The notes under the pieces were generated by a model. The model saw nothing but the letters and a program-made list of their open reading frames with translations. It did not search any database and was not told the origin of the DNA. DNA of 64,000 bases, from positions 158,348,001 through 158,412,000 of the forward strand of contig NC_042997.1 of NCBI RefSeq assembly GCF_006345805.1, written 5' to 3'. Below, one piece after another: positions 12,194 through 26,295 of the stretch. Within the stretch, counting starts at the first letter, position 1; the number at the start of each line of letters is the position of its first letter. This DNA comes from Octopus sinensis (lineage: Eukaryota). Made by a program: the position numbers and the translations under genes.

Positions 12194-13681
12194 TTGAATG
12201 AAAGTTCTATATGAAATTCTACAAAATAAAGTGAGAAATTATGTACATGCAGTGTATTGTGATTTAAAAGAAATGTTTATAAGTTACTAATGTCTTCAAT
12301 TGTATAAAGCAGAAACCATAAATATGATATGCGTGACATTATTCTTGTTGTTTAGCCAAGGTATTTTGCAGTTCTCAAAATTCACTTTATCTAGCTCGCG
12401 TACAAGTATGTTAACTTTGGTGAAGAGGCAAATATAGGAGATGAAAATCAAAGGTTAAAGATTTAATATTTCCTCAGCTTATACTTTATTACGAAGAAAT
12501 ATGATGTAATATGGCTGCACAGTAAAAAGCAAGTACTGCAAAAATAGAAAAGTATAGAAAATAATGTATTTATAATGTTAACATATTTTCAAGAGATATT
12601 AAAACTCTTAAGTACGATATGAGCATTTTCAACATGGAATGAAAGTAATCTGGTCATAGAGATCTTAGCTTAAATTTTCATATTAAGTAAATCTTTAATT
12701 TGCATTGAGCGGCAGTTGCGCATTGATACATGATTTTTTCCACATTTTATAAAGAAAATAAAATAATAGCTGAAAGTATTCAGGAAATAGTCATACTTTG
12801 CTCATACAGACATCTGGAAGTGTCAGTTATAGGTTGATAATCACAAAAAGCTATGTCATTTTCAGACAATTACTAAACGCTTAACTCGATATAATAGAAA
12901 TCAAAAACAGGCGTGCTTTAAATATTTGTTCGTCCTTTGCCGGAATTTAAGAAAATTTCATTTCTTTGTGCATTCGAATAATACTTTATACCCAAATCGT
13001 TTGAGTTCGCAGCCAGTTTTGGCTAATTTTAATTAATAAAAAATAGAGAAAAATACATAACATTAAGTATAATTCAAATGTTTCTATAAATCAATAACAA
13101 AAAAAAAAAAGATTTCTGCATTTTTATTAACGTGCACAGATTTAATGGAAAGCGGTATTTACAAGAAATATATTCGCTAAGAATTTAAAATGGTATAGTA
13201 TAACGCATACAACTGCTTCAATAAGAACCCTTGTTGTAAAGTTACTATTTAATCTTTACTTTTATGAAGACTGTTTGTCGTGAATACTGCTATAACCTTT
13301 TCAAAGTTCCTGTTACTTACCAGTACTATTGTTTCAACACAGCGAAGAACAAATCGAATAATCGCCTACAACGTATTTAAAATCAGAAAAAAGGAAACAG
13401 TGTTAGATATTCATTTTTTTTTAATAAATAGATAACCATTTTGTCAATCCGCTTCATTAAGAAGAGTAGTAACACTCACAAGTTAATCAAACGTGAATAT
13501 ATAAATTTAAATATTTAAAAAATGCTGGTTATAATAAACATAACGTTAGTATTACAATTTTCTTATGTGTTTATAATGGTGTGCATTGGGAAAGTCACAG
13601 TGCTATGAAACTCACACTGGTCGTAGTGTTAATCGGTCTCTTTCTTTCTCTATGTTTGTATGTGTGTGCATGTATATCTAT

Positions 13682-14514
13682 ATATTTGAATAAAAGAAGG
13701 GTAAAAATATCCCTTGCTAAAGATGAAAGCGAAAGCTTCAAAAATCTTGTAATCCTACGAAAAATACTCACACGAGTAACGCAGTGAACACGTAAAAGAA
13801 TAGGCTTGCCTTCAGGATGGAATTGGAAGATAATTTACATACCCCAATATCAATTGATTTCACGCTGTGCATGAGAAAACATGCTTTGCAATCATCATTT
13901 TGAGACATCAACATCTATTTCCAAAATATTTACTGCGTCAACTCGTGTACATTTCAAACTTAAAACGTCCCGCTCTGGTTAAAGAGAAAACCATCGTAAA
14001 CAATGAAAAAGCAATTATATATGAAAGCATTATTACTGTTAAAAACAGCAATAATGAGGCGGTTAGCAAGGCTTCTATCTTAAGAGGTGTAATATGAAAT
14101 ATTTGAATAAAAGAAGGGTAAAATTACCGCTTGCCAAAGATGAAAGCGAAAGCTTTAAAAAAAAACACCAATCCTACGATAAGTACACTCACACGCAACG
14201 CAATGAACACTGAAGATTGCAAAGCATATTTTTCTCATGCACAGCATGAAATCAGTTGATATTGGTGTATGTAAACTATCTTCAAATTCCGTACTGAAGG
14301 TAGGCCTATTTTTTGAAATATTCATTGCGTTGCTCATGTGTGTATTTATCGTAGGATGGGTTTTTTTTTTAAAGCTTTCGCTTTCATCTTTGACAAGCAG
14401 TATGTTTACCCTTCTTTTATTCAAATATTTAATATTATACCTATTGAGGTAGAAGTCTTGCTAACCACCTCATTATTACTGTTTTTTACTGTAATATTGA
14501 TTTCATATAGTTGC
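13682..14514. repeat. 417-bp unit present as 1.3 tandem copies plus an inverted copy
   Basis: ATATTTGAATAAAAGAAGGGTAAA at 13682 and 14099, and its reverse complement at 14405-14428. The inverted arm runs about 14213-14514. Confidence 0.85.
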
Positions 14515-14686
14515 TTATATATATGTATATATATGCACATACGTTTTTATCTATCTATCGGTCCCTTCGTTTTATTTGTCGTCCTATACAATTGTGTGTG
14601 TGTATAGGATGATAAATTAAACCAATATATATACATGCATACATACATATAAATATATACATACACACACACACCACACACACATA

Positions 14687-15070
14687 GAGTGGCTATGTGG
14701 TAAGTAGCTTGCTTACAAACCACATGGTTCCGGGTTCAGTCCTACTGCGTGGCACCTTGGGCAAGTGTCTTCCACTATAGCCTTGGGCTGACCAAAGCCT
14801 TGTGAGTGGATTTGGTTGACGGAAACTGAAAGAAGCCCGGGTCGAATATATGTATGTGTGTGTATATGTTTGTGTGTCTATGTTTGTCCCCCCAACATCG
14901 CTTGACAACCGATGCTGGTGCGTGTATTTACGTCCCTGTAACTTAGCAGTTCGGAAAAAGACACCTATGAAATAAGTACTAGGCTTACAAAGAATAAATC
15001 CTGGGGTCGATTTGCCCGACTAAAGGCGGTGCTCCAGCATGGCCACATTCAAATGCCTGAAACAAATAAC
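14687..15070 (+). mobile_element. Composite tRNA/CORE-like SINE
   Basis: Colinear with 8864-9264; followed by (GATA)n. Confidence 0.85.
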
Positions 15071-15866
15071 AGAGATAGATAGATAGATAGATAGATGGAT
15101 GGATGGATAGATGGATAGATAGAGAAAAACGTAGGTGTATACTCTCCACCTCTGTAATATAATAATATGAAGTACACTTGATATCACCAAAAGCTAATTA
15201 CTAGACAAGGTAAATATTCCTCTCGCGATAAAAATTGCAATACAGGCAGCAAACTCTATTATCCTTTGTAACATTAAACTATCTAATATATTCATATTCT
15301 TGGTAAAATATTTGGCTCACTGTCATGTAAATATTTGATCAATGCATTAGAAAGGATTTCGAAGATATTTTATTATTTCTTTCTTTAAAGATGTTTTATT
15401 GGTAGCTCAAATATTTATAGATGTTGATTATGTAGAGATTTCATTCTATAATCCAAACACTGAGTTTTTCACATTGGTCGATATTGGCTGACATGTGTCG
15501 GCTTAGTAGCATAATCGTAAAATGTAGAAAGTTGGCAGCGATGTATAATGACTTGTAAGAAAAAAATATAGTACGCTGTTGAATTTCGTTTGTCTTTTTA
15601 TTATTTTTGTCGTAACAAATTTCTTGGACAATTTCAATCCATTAATTATCAGATTTATTCTTAAGTTATATACCACTAATCTTCCTGGTATCCTACCTTA
15701 ATAATTTAAAGTAGTTAATCTTTTTAACAGGATGTATGCACAAGCAAACCATTCATATAATTAAATTCTTTGGATTAGGTACATGCTAATCTTGTTTGGG
15801 AATGATGTGCTGTTCCTAATAATATCAATTATGTTCTATCTGCTTTTCCCCTCGCTATCTGAAAGA

Positions 15867-15919
<53 letters not shown>

Positions 15920-15929
15920 AACACACACG

Positions 15930-17640
15930 AGTCCAGTTGGCAACGGTGTGTACGCTCATATGTTTTGGATGCGGCTAGGACTAAGATGTGTGTGTGGCGG
16001 CGGGAGAGAAAACAAGAAGGGAGTGTAGTGAGGTAGATGTGTGCAGTTTCCGCCGGGGTCGGCTTTGCCTTTCATCCTTTCGGGGTCGATTAAATAAGTA
16101 CCAGTTACGCACTGGGGTCTATATAAGCGACTTAATCCGTTTGTCTGTCCTTGTTTGTCCTCTCTGTGTTTATCCCATTGTGGGTAGTAAAGAAATAGGT
16201 AGATGTGTGAAGTAGTGTAGCTGCGAGCGAGAGGGCAGATGAGAAAGTGAAAATCAGATGAAGTGATGGTAGGAATTTAAACTGAATGGGGTGATACAGG
16301 TTTGGAGGACAAGACAAGCTTCAGATAGATAGATGTCGAATGAAGTAGACGGAGAAGTGAAAATGTCGTGCAACAACTCACCAGTTTCTGAGTCGAATGT
16401 GTCAAAGTGGCCCGTGATTCTATTGGAGAGCCAGCGACCTGTTTGCTTTATGTGGGATATATCGCTGATGGAAAACATACTCGCAGCTCGTAGACACGAT
16501 TAAAAGAGGTATAACTGAAAGACGTTCTAACGTGGAAGTTACAATATTGGGGGTTTGAGGAAAGTTATGGCTTAGAAAGGTTAGCGCAAAAGCAAAGGCG
16601 AAAATATGTGCTGGAAACGAGAGACACGGGGCGGGGGGTTATTCTTTACTTGATGGAAAAAGAGAATGAGTTGTTGACGAAGTTACGGCGTATGTGTTAC
16701 GACGAAGTAAAGGATGCAGGCATATTTAAGAGATAGAAGATGTTAGAGAGGAAAAATGTGTTGGACTGGAGGCGATAGAGAAGATGAAGCATAGCTTGAT
16801 AGAGAGGGTGTAGAACATCTTTCTAGAGATAGTGTTTGGTTGACGGTCGGACTTGAGTATTAAAGCGTGAGGTCGATAAGACAAAAGTTTGGAAAGACAG
16901 CATGGATAATTGTGAAAGGATAATTATGGTCTATAAAAGGAATATTTTACATAAAGCTTGAATTTTAAAATCTAAGTTGTGGCTACAATGATTGTGGTGA
17001 TAGAGGGTTTGGAAGTAGGGGACTTCCAAACCCAGTGAGTTTCGAGTGGTTGTGATGGGAGAAAAGAAAACCATGACAGGAATAGGAATCAGTAGATTAG
17101 AGAAAATGGATTCGGTGGGGGTAATTTGGAGTAGTCAGAGTTAACAAGAAGATGAGAGAAATCGAACAATATTGGCTATGGAGAGGGATTATTGCTATTC
17201 ACTGGTTAGACATATGGTGCCGCAAGGATTGTCTTCGTTGGGACAGTATAGGTTAAGGGTGAGACCAGTCAACAGAGGAATGATTTGGTACTCATCGTTC
17301 CCAGCGAATAGATTAGAGTAGTTCATGTTTATGTCCCTGGTCGACCCTCAATCTCATGGAGGAAGTGAAACAATGCAGAGGAAGGTCGAGTTCAGCCGTG
17401 TATGTTGAGGTATTACAAGAATGTGTGAGAATCAGACCGAGGAAAGGACGCAGAGGGCGGAGGACATTGTCAAAATGGATGTCGGTATACGTAGAAGTGA
17501 TACCTATTAGGAAAAAGAGTGGACGGGACCTGAAAAACAAGAAGCTTGGATATGGGAATTGCTTCTATTAGTGTGAGGAGAATGTCATTGCGGCAGAGAT
17601 GAGCTGAAGGGAAGAGATGTTATTTACAAATCCTGCGGCA
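15930..17640 (-). mobile_element. Decayed Penelope-like element (RT and GIY-YIG remnants)
   Basis: IGITSTYTDIH (cf. MDITSLYTNIP), NYSNLFAG..E (cf. PxYANLFVG..E), HIKQTGRWLSNRITGH (cf. YIGQTGRxLxxRIxEH), YLSEACLV....PFSLN. Confidence 0.7.
16044..16196 (+). mobile_element. 5'-truncated SINE with 13-bp target-site duplication
   Basis: AGGTAGATGTGTG at 16031-16043 and 16197-16209; central domain GCCTTTCATCCTTTCGGGGTCGAT. Confidence 0.85.
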
Positions 17641-17844
17641 CGCTTCTTCACCTATTTTGTTTCTGAACTACCTTATGTTTCTGAACTACTTTTTCTAGTA
17701 ATATAAGCTAAATCAAAGACAAAAACAGAAACAAACCACATAGATGATAGTGATTAGAAACATTAATATGATTTTCCTAAATTATAACGACATTGTTCTC
17801 AACACAGTTTCAGGTTTCAGATCGAAATCTTTATTGCAAAGAAA

Positions 17845-17852
17845 ATACACAC

Positions 17853-17914
<62 letters not shown>

Positions 17915-17927
17915 TCACTCACTCACA

Positions 17928-17965
<38 letters not shown>

Positions 17966-18020
17966 TCACTCACTCACTCACACACACACACACACACACA
18001 CACAAATACACTCACACGCA
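17845..18020. repeat. (CA)n/(CACT)n microsatellite
   Basis: Directly visible. Confidence 0.95.
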
Positions 18021-20584
18021 CGTGTATGTATATGTATGTTTGTCACGGAAATTTTGATGTAACTGCGATGTACATAAGTATGTATTCTTATGTATGTTTC
18101 TACATATTGCATATTTCACTATCTTGCCGATATGCATGAGGTACGATGATTTAAATGCAAAAGAGTGATAGTCAATATATTTTCTATATATCCTTCCATT
18201 TCAAGAGTTGATACAGTTTGATAAATTACTCAATAATCAGTTTGGTCAGGAAAAAACTATCTTAAATTTAGGCGAAATGCTTTCAATAATAAACTAGAAT
18301 TGTAAATACAAAAAGCAGCGATAAGTTTTTGAATTGTAAGATTCATCTCATATTAATATCAAAGAAATACACGAAGCCAAAACAGTCATTTCTATTTGAA
18401 TTTCAATAGAGACAGTTAAATGCTATATGTGGTTTCCAGTTGGAAAACATGGCTGCGCACTGACACGTTAGTTATCCTTATAAACAGCATAACAAATGTA
18501 TTAACGTGTATCTCATTAACTTCTTGCTTCGAGTTCATTTCTATTAGCATGCAATTGAATATGCAAGATATTCTATTCGATTAACTGAGACGATGGCAAT
18601 ATGATATCATCGGTAATTAGATGTTGTACTCTATTTCAGTAGTTGATACGATTGGCAGCCGGACTCCAAGGGAATAACGACAATGCCCGGAGTCTCGTTA
18701 TGATCACGTTACCATCAGATTATAGTCAAGCGACAATTTAAGCTCGTTTCAACATACAAACACAAAAAACATGACAAATTTTATCTATACTCTGAGACAT
18801 ATACGAATAAATACTAACACACATATTTTGCACACACGCACACATATATATATACATGTACCTACCTACATACTTACATCCACTCACTCGCTCACCTTTT
18901 CTCTTGTTCTCTCTCTGTATACATGTGTGTGTATGTGTGTGTGTGAGTGCATGCGTGCATGTGTGTCTGTGTACATATATACATACATACATACATACAT
19001 ACATACACATACACTCATATTTATGCACAACACATACACACACACATCCATGTTTGCAAAAACTCCATTGTCTAGCATTTACTAAGTCAATTACAAATAT
19101 CTATCGACAATCTTTGTCACATATTAACATAAATGCAAACAGGCATAACATTTATTATTTGTTTTTTTTCCTGTTCTGTTTTTTCTGAAGCGGTTAACCT
19201 ATTTTACTTTTCAAAATTCTGTCATCGTTTTTTTTTGGTTGCCGTGTATGTATGAGTAAACTAGTTGCTAAATTCTCATTTCTTCATAACTTTCTTAAAT
19301 TCATGTAATTATTTATTTAAGTGGGCGTTTATCCAACTAATATTGAACCGGCTGATCTCGAACTGACTTCAGCTATTAATCACAGACGTCGCTTGCAATG
19401 ATGCTTCATTATTGAAGAATGCAACTTCGGACACAATATATGTAATAACCAGATATTGATTCAAAACCCGTATTCATCATACCCATCTGTTTGACCCCCA
19501 GTAATAGAATATGCACTATTCCGATTCAGAATATCAGTTATGTTGCGTTTTCTATTTTTATTAAAATGTTTCTCTTGTATTCCTTCTATTTAAAGTTGAT
19601 GCGCATTATGTTCCGCTGTGTCATCAGTATAACGATTCCTCTCGCGTTATTAACATTATAAACACTTTGGAAAGAATGTAAACTGTTTCCAGTTTAACCA
19701 CTTGGGGGATGTTTCGGAGCTACTGCTAATAGCATAGGCTAATATCTTCCACACTCGTTCGGCACTCTTCCCAGGGATGTATCCTAAATTGTCAACTGTT
19801 CTTGCAGATGTTATTTGGTAACTTGTGGACATGGAATTGCCCTTCGCTTTCTATTGGTGGGTTATGCTTATTAGTAATAACTAATTGGTGGTTCCTCGAT
19901 TTGAACGCTGCTACCTTAAGCCTGTAAACATAGCTAATACAAAGAGAGAGAGAGAGAGAGAGAAAGAAAGACAGAAAAAAAGAAAGAAAGAAAGAAAGAA
20001 AGAAAGGAAGAAAGAGGGATAAAAGAAAGAAGAAACATGATCAATGTTTAACTGTGCATTATTTGTGGGTCACAAAGGCATAGAAGACAACAGCAATCTC
20101 GGTCGCAGATTGTCGGCGTAAACACATCAAGGCACCCAGCACATAATCGTCAATTTCTTACACTGATTTGTACATTTGTATTCCAAGTCTCTATTCAAAA
20201 ACCTCGACCCAGCTAGAGTTGTTCATTGTAGAATACTTGAATACACAGTGTACTCATTCAGGAGTTCTTCCGATACTCTCTATTTATTATTAAATTCTCT
20301 TTCGAGTATAGATTTATTGCGCTCATTTCCCCCGCTACTGTCCACTAAATTTTGTTTGTATAATACGAAGTATTCAAATGCCATATTGTATCACACAAAA
20401 AACACGTTGCCTCCGCCTCAACGTTTTCATCTTTCATACTGATACATTTGATAGAACTGTTTGTATTTTCATAGTCTTAGTGTTCAAATCTCGGATAAGT
20501 TGAAGTGTCCGGTTTAGTATTGGAAATTCCGGTACTAGCACCGGTACACCAAAGCGTATTGATGCCATTTAATGATGACACTTC

Positions 20585-20662
20585 TACCTTTTTCCGAAGT
20601 TAGCTGAAAGACACTTGCCCAAGGTACCACGCAGTGGGACTGTACTTGGAAACATGTGGTTT
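20585..20662 (-). mobile_element. SINE head fragment (CORE-like family)
   Basis: AGACACTTGCCCAAGGTACCACGCAGTGGGAC...CATGTGGTT is the reverse complement of the 8864-family head. Confidence 0.75.
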
Positions 20663-23100
20663 TGACAAAATTTCAATTCTATGGCCCGTGAGAATACGAT
20701 CTGCTCTAGCTCTCTTAGCATAATAAATATTACTTGAATACAGCTACGTGTGGAAGTGACGTTATTTTTCTCTGCTCTACTGGCACTAACATAAGGCCTT
20801 AGCATTTGATTAATATGGCTTACAAGGATTCATTGCCAAGATCAACAGAAGTACAAACACCTAGGAACGAATATTATTTATAGTTGTTGTAGTGGCTCCA
20901 GTTCTTAGTTACAATCATCTGGAGCAGAATATCCGATGTTTATTGGATAAGGCTTACGAAGAAAATAGCTAAAGGAAACCACAGTATTAAATCATATAAT
21001 CACACACGCACACACACAGACACACACGCGCACACATACACACAGACACACAGACACACACACACACACATATATATATACATATAATACATATTTATAT
21101 ACAGACATGTGTGTACACACGAATTCACATACACACACATATATATGTGTGTATGTATCTATGTTGAAACAGGATCTTGGACATCAGGGGTAGGACACCT
21201 AAGAGTCATGACCTGGATGGGTGCGGCTCCCGTAGAGCGTCAGGAATAAGGTCCAAAGCACTCGTCAGATGGGAGTTCTTCCTCTGACGATCTCTCTTGC
21301 TTTGCGCTGGCCTTGTGACGAGTTTCTGTGTTTTTTAATACATACATTCATACATATATTTATATGTATGTATGTATACACACATTCACACACATACATA
21401 CATACATACATACACACCCAAAAATATGCTTTTGTATCTGTGTGTCTGTGTATCTATCAAAGTATCTTTGTATTAATGCATGTATAAGCATATCTTTGTC
21501 TTCAACGGGGTTTATAGTATTTGATATAAATCAAGAGAAAGATTTTCGATAGTTAGTCATTTTCACAGACAGAAATATTTTGTACAATATGTGTCTCGTA
21601 CAATAAAATTCAAGGAAATAGTTTCATTATTATCTACAAGTTAAATTGAAATTACTTTTATATTTATAAGAATTTATTATCACTAATGCTATGAAATACC
21701 AGAATAATACGAGTTTTATTGATATGGGCTAGTAACGAAAATTACCGGAAAACAGGATATTAAACTTGTGCATAGTCATTAGGCCACATAAATAGATTGG
21801 CGCAGAAATGACTGAATCAATTATAGTATATAACTGCTATTTAATCCATTGCATTTGGATGTATGAAACGAAAACATGATGTAGGCCAAAACTAAATTTT
21901 AAAACTAAAGAGACAATACTCGTTTTAAAGTTAGCAAAATTTATTTAAACTTGTGAGAGCTTTCCCTTACAAACAAAATACTGATACTGTATGAAATGAA
22001 AATTACTAACACACAAATATAGCGAAACATATATCTAATCGTTTCTAAATACTTTGCGTTTGTTCATGTTGATAGAAAACTGTCGACATTGACTGAAAAA
22101 AAAACTTTTAGTATATAATACCTTCATGTTACTACTTTTATTAATTATAGTTAATGGAGTCTCTCCGGACGAATATAAATATATATATAGCCTTAGAGGA
22201 AGCCAAATACTAGGTCTGAACAATGGATATGCTGCACAATGCAACAGAATATGTTGTCACAAAGTTACTTGTTTCGTTTTGAAATCAAAAATTGCGAAGT
22301 AACCAAAGTAGTGAACAAGTTTTGAACGTTATTAATGAACTTATGTCCTTTACGCCTCAAAAGAAACTCAAGCTTATGTTAACCAACAAACCAAACGTAT
22401 AGCTTGAAAATCAATGTATCAACTGTTTCTATCAACTGTCCTGTAAGACAAAAGGAACAAATCAAGGGAACCTACAACTATAATGATTAAACGATTTTGG
22501 CCATACTATATTACTATTAAGGCAATAAATCATCTGACTTAATTATATTCTTAATTATAACAGATGTCAGACGTATTTTGTTAAATTTTGATTGCTTAGA
22601 AGAATAAGTTTGTTTAAATATTCATTAAGACAAAAAGCTTTACAGTAACCATTATAGTTACATACATAGAACACAAGCGAAGTACGATAACAATCTATTA
22701 TCGCAAAACCTATTTAATGAACGTTGAAAATTTTCACAAATCCTACGAATCTTCCGAGAATGTTTAACATTTGATGCAGTTGATAACTATTTCAAAGTAG
22801 ATATTTTCAGTAATGTTTATACACTGAAAATATAATTTTAAAATTCAACTTAGAAAATTTTCTCATATTACAGTGGGTAATTTTATTGAATTTTATTATG
22901 GAAATTAGTTCCTAATTAAACCCAATATATTAAAGGAAAGGCTTATATTTCATATTCAAAATAATGCTGAAAATCCATTAAATAAACCTATTGATTTCAG
23001 TTCACCTGATTGCCATTTTTGCTTCCTGAAATTATACTGTATTTCTTCCTCTCTTTTTATTTGTCTTTTGTTTTCATGATTTTGTGTTGGATCTTTCGAC

Positions 23101-23482
23101 GGTAGAACTTGTTTACCAACCACATGGTTCCGGGTTCAATCACACTGCGTGGCACCTTGGACAAGTGCCTTCTACTATAGCCTCGGGCCGACCAAAGCCT
23201 TGTGAGTGTATTTGGTAGACGGAAACTGAAAGAAGCCCATCGTATATATGTATATATATGCGTGTGCGTGTTTGTGTGTCTGTATTTCTCCCTCTAGCAT
23301 TGCTTGACAACCGATGGTGGTGTGTTTATGTCCCCGTTACTTAGCGGTTCGGTGAAACAGACCGATAGAATAAGTACTGGGCTTACAAAAGTATAAGTCC
23401 CGGGGTCGAGTTGCTCGATTAAAGGCGGTGCTCCAGCATGGCCGCAGTCAAATGACTGAAACAAGTAAAAGAGTAAAAGAGT
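23101..23482 (+). mobile_element. Composite tRNA/CORE-like SINE, 5'-eroded
   Basis: Colinear with 8864-9264; followed by (TA)n(GATA)n(GGAT)n to about 23680. Confidence 0.85.
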
Positions 23483-23495
23483 ATATATTTTATAT

Positions 23496-23600
<105 letters not shown>

Positions 23601-25124
23601 GGATGGATGGATGGATGGATGGATGGATAGATATCATACACACACACACACACACACATATGTATATATATATATATATATTAGTCTTGTTATACTGTGT
23701 CAGTAACAAGTAAATAATGTCCCCTAACTTTTTAACTTGTCGTAGATCAGTTAAAGGCAGATCTATTTTTCTCAGTGTATTGAACTGAGCTTAATCTTTT
23801 GTGAATGTAGTGTAACTGGGAATCTTCAAGTCATAAGAAGTATGATAACGCGTCAAAGATTCTATATTATATTTTAGATTTTGTATTTTACAATTTGAAG
23901 CCCTATATATAGAACATCAAACATTCAAGAAGGAAGTAGAAGTGCTAAATACGTGAAAGCTACACACTGCAAGATAAATATACTAATCTACCTTTTATAA
24001 TATTTTAGAATCATATCCATAAATCCAAATCCACTGAAACCATAAACTGCAGAGAATAAGAAACTTGCTGGAGAAACGCAAATAAGATTATAAATTTTCC
24101 GCGCCATAAACGTTGTATTTAACAGTCAGCAATATTTATATCCACACTTAAATATAAAAGTTTTCATCTTCGATTGTTATGAGGGATCTATTCCTGGATG
24201 TCTACACAGTAAAAGAGTGTTTTTAATAATAGACCGAACAAGGAATATTAATTTCTAACTAAGAGTAATAAAATTCACATCCCTAAGACCAATGATGCAT
24301 AGAAATTTTAATCTTATTAATGCTATCTAAGACACTCAAATAATTGATGAAATAAAATGATTTCTGGAAACCAGTTCAGTATACGGAAAAAATAATTAAT
24401 GTTTCAATGCACATACTTGTATGCTTGCAAGCACACAGAATACGCACATTACATACATATATATACACAAGCATATACACATAAACACACACCCACACAC
24501 ACTTATATTCCATACATGTACATATATGGACGTATGTATATACACATGGTGCGTACATTTGAATATGTTCGTGTTAATGTGTGCTTGCAGCTTATGTACG
24601 TCTTCCACTCTGTAACCGCTTTCGTTGCAACGCACAGTCTCAGATCAAACCACATGGCAGACAATTACACCCCAACATTATTCTTCACTCATATCTACAG
24701 TTCCATCCCAATAATACTTTATATAAGTTTCAAACTTTCATTTAGTTTTCCCAACGTCAGAAAAGATTTCAAATAAATACCACCAGCGGAGTCGTGCATA
24801 CTCGTAAATGTTGTGTAATATGAACTGTGTTATATTTTCTTCAACAAAACATCTTGCTGCTCCCAGTAAGCGTGTTAAATATGATTATATACATTTAACA
24901 TATATGCATACATACATGCATACATGCAGAGATACACACATACATACATACGTGCACACACATATACATGTATGTCTATATGAATTATCTATGTATATAC
25001 GTATGTATATACACGATAGAGTGGATAAACGAAATAAAAAGGCTCTGAACATATTTAGTAGGAGTTACTTGTAATATTATTCAAAACAGTGTAATTCGAG
25101 ACCAGTAGTCTTATATATATATAT

Positions 25125-25161
<37 letters not shown>

Positions 25162-26257
25162 AGAGAGAGAGGGGGGAGGGGAGAGAGAAAGAGAGAATGG
25201 ATTAAAGTTACACATATTGTGGCAGCAGTGAACTAGAATCTTGGACATTTTGAAATGCATTTTAATATAGATAAATTATCAAAACGATAGTCATTATTCA
25301 TATGAAACTGCCTTATTTTAATGTTCCCCGTTGCGTAAACATGTATGATGCTTCAAAGTTTCGGGGAAAGTTTCTTACACGTGCAAAAATGCAATCTGTA
25401 CATACAAAACAATCGAATTCAAACACTTAAAAATGGAATAGGTTTCAGAAGCATTTAGAAAATATTACAGCGTGTCAAATCGTTTCAAACCGATGGAGAA
25501 AATATGAGCGAGGTTGAATTTTGTGATATTTTGTCTTCATATATCAACATAATCATTATATACTGGATAAAAATCAAAGTGGAGACACGGAAAAAGCGTA
25601 GGGTTAATTCACAAGCTCTTAGGATCATGTATCAGAAAAAGCGTTAAAGCTTTTACCGCTAGTTTCCAGGAACATTTAAATGGGCAAAAAGCCAAGGGAG
25701 ATCAAGTTAATTGTGTTTATCTTCAGGAAACACAATTTTGAAGAATGTATTTAACTACAAACACAAATATTGATAGGCACACAATAGCATATAGATGGAT
25801 AAACATACAATATTACATTCGCATATTTATAGACACAGTCACAATGTCATTGACAATGTGAGAGATTTAATAACAACAAAAATATCAGCTAAAACAAGAT
25901 TAACAACGGCAGTAGAAACAAGAATAATAACAAACATAATAACATTGACTATAATAGTTATAATAAACATCATTTCATACTTATCATCCATCCTAATAAA
26001 TTCAGACTCGCAACAAGAGTTGCTTTTGCATGTGTGTGCGTTGAGGACGGAGATAGTAATATGCATATAACTATATAATATCTATATATAATCATAAATA
26101 TATACGCCCCAGTATGACCGTAGTCTGATGACTGAAACAAGTAAAAGAATAAAAGAAGTATATATATATATATATACATATATATACATATACATATATA
26201 TATATATATATATACATACACATACACACACATATATATATATACATATATATGTAC

Positions 26258-26289
<32 letters not shown>

Positions 26290-26295
26290 ATATAT

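Noticed and set aside
15930-15975. TCC-AAAA-CATATG on the minus strand, resembling the 3' half of a hammerhead
   Set aside because: No CUGAnGA-like core or stem I partner found.
18640-18700. TTTCAG acceptor-like site with a short frame (VDTIGSRTPRE*) and a GACTCC/GGAGTC hairpin
   Set aside because: No partner exon or recognisable protein; compatible with chance.
19320-19850. Possible ancient mariner remnant on the minus strand
   Set aside because: Only vague similarity to the SARWVP, IVTGDE and QDNA motifs; no TIR.
24590-24776. GC-richer stretch after TGCTTGCAG with two moderately long open frames
   Set aside because: No donor site and no recognisable domain.
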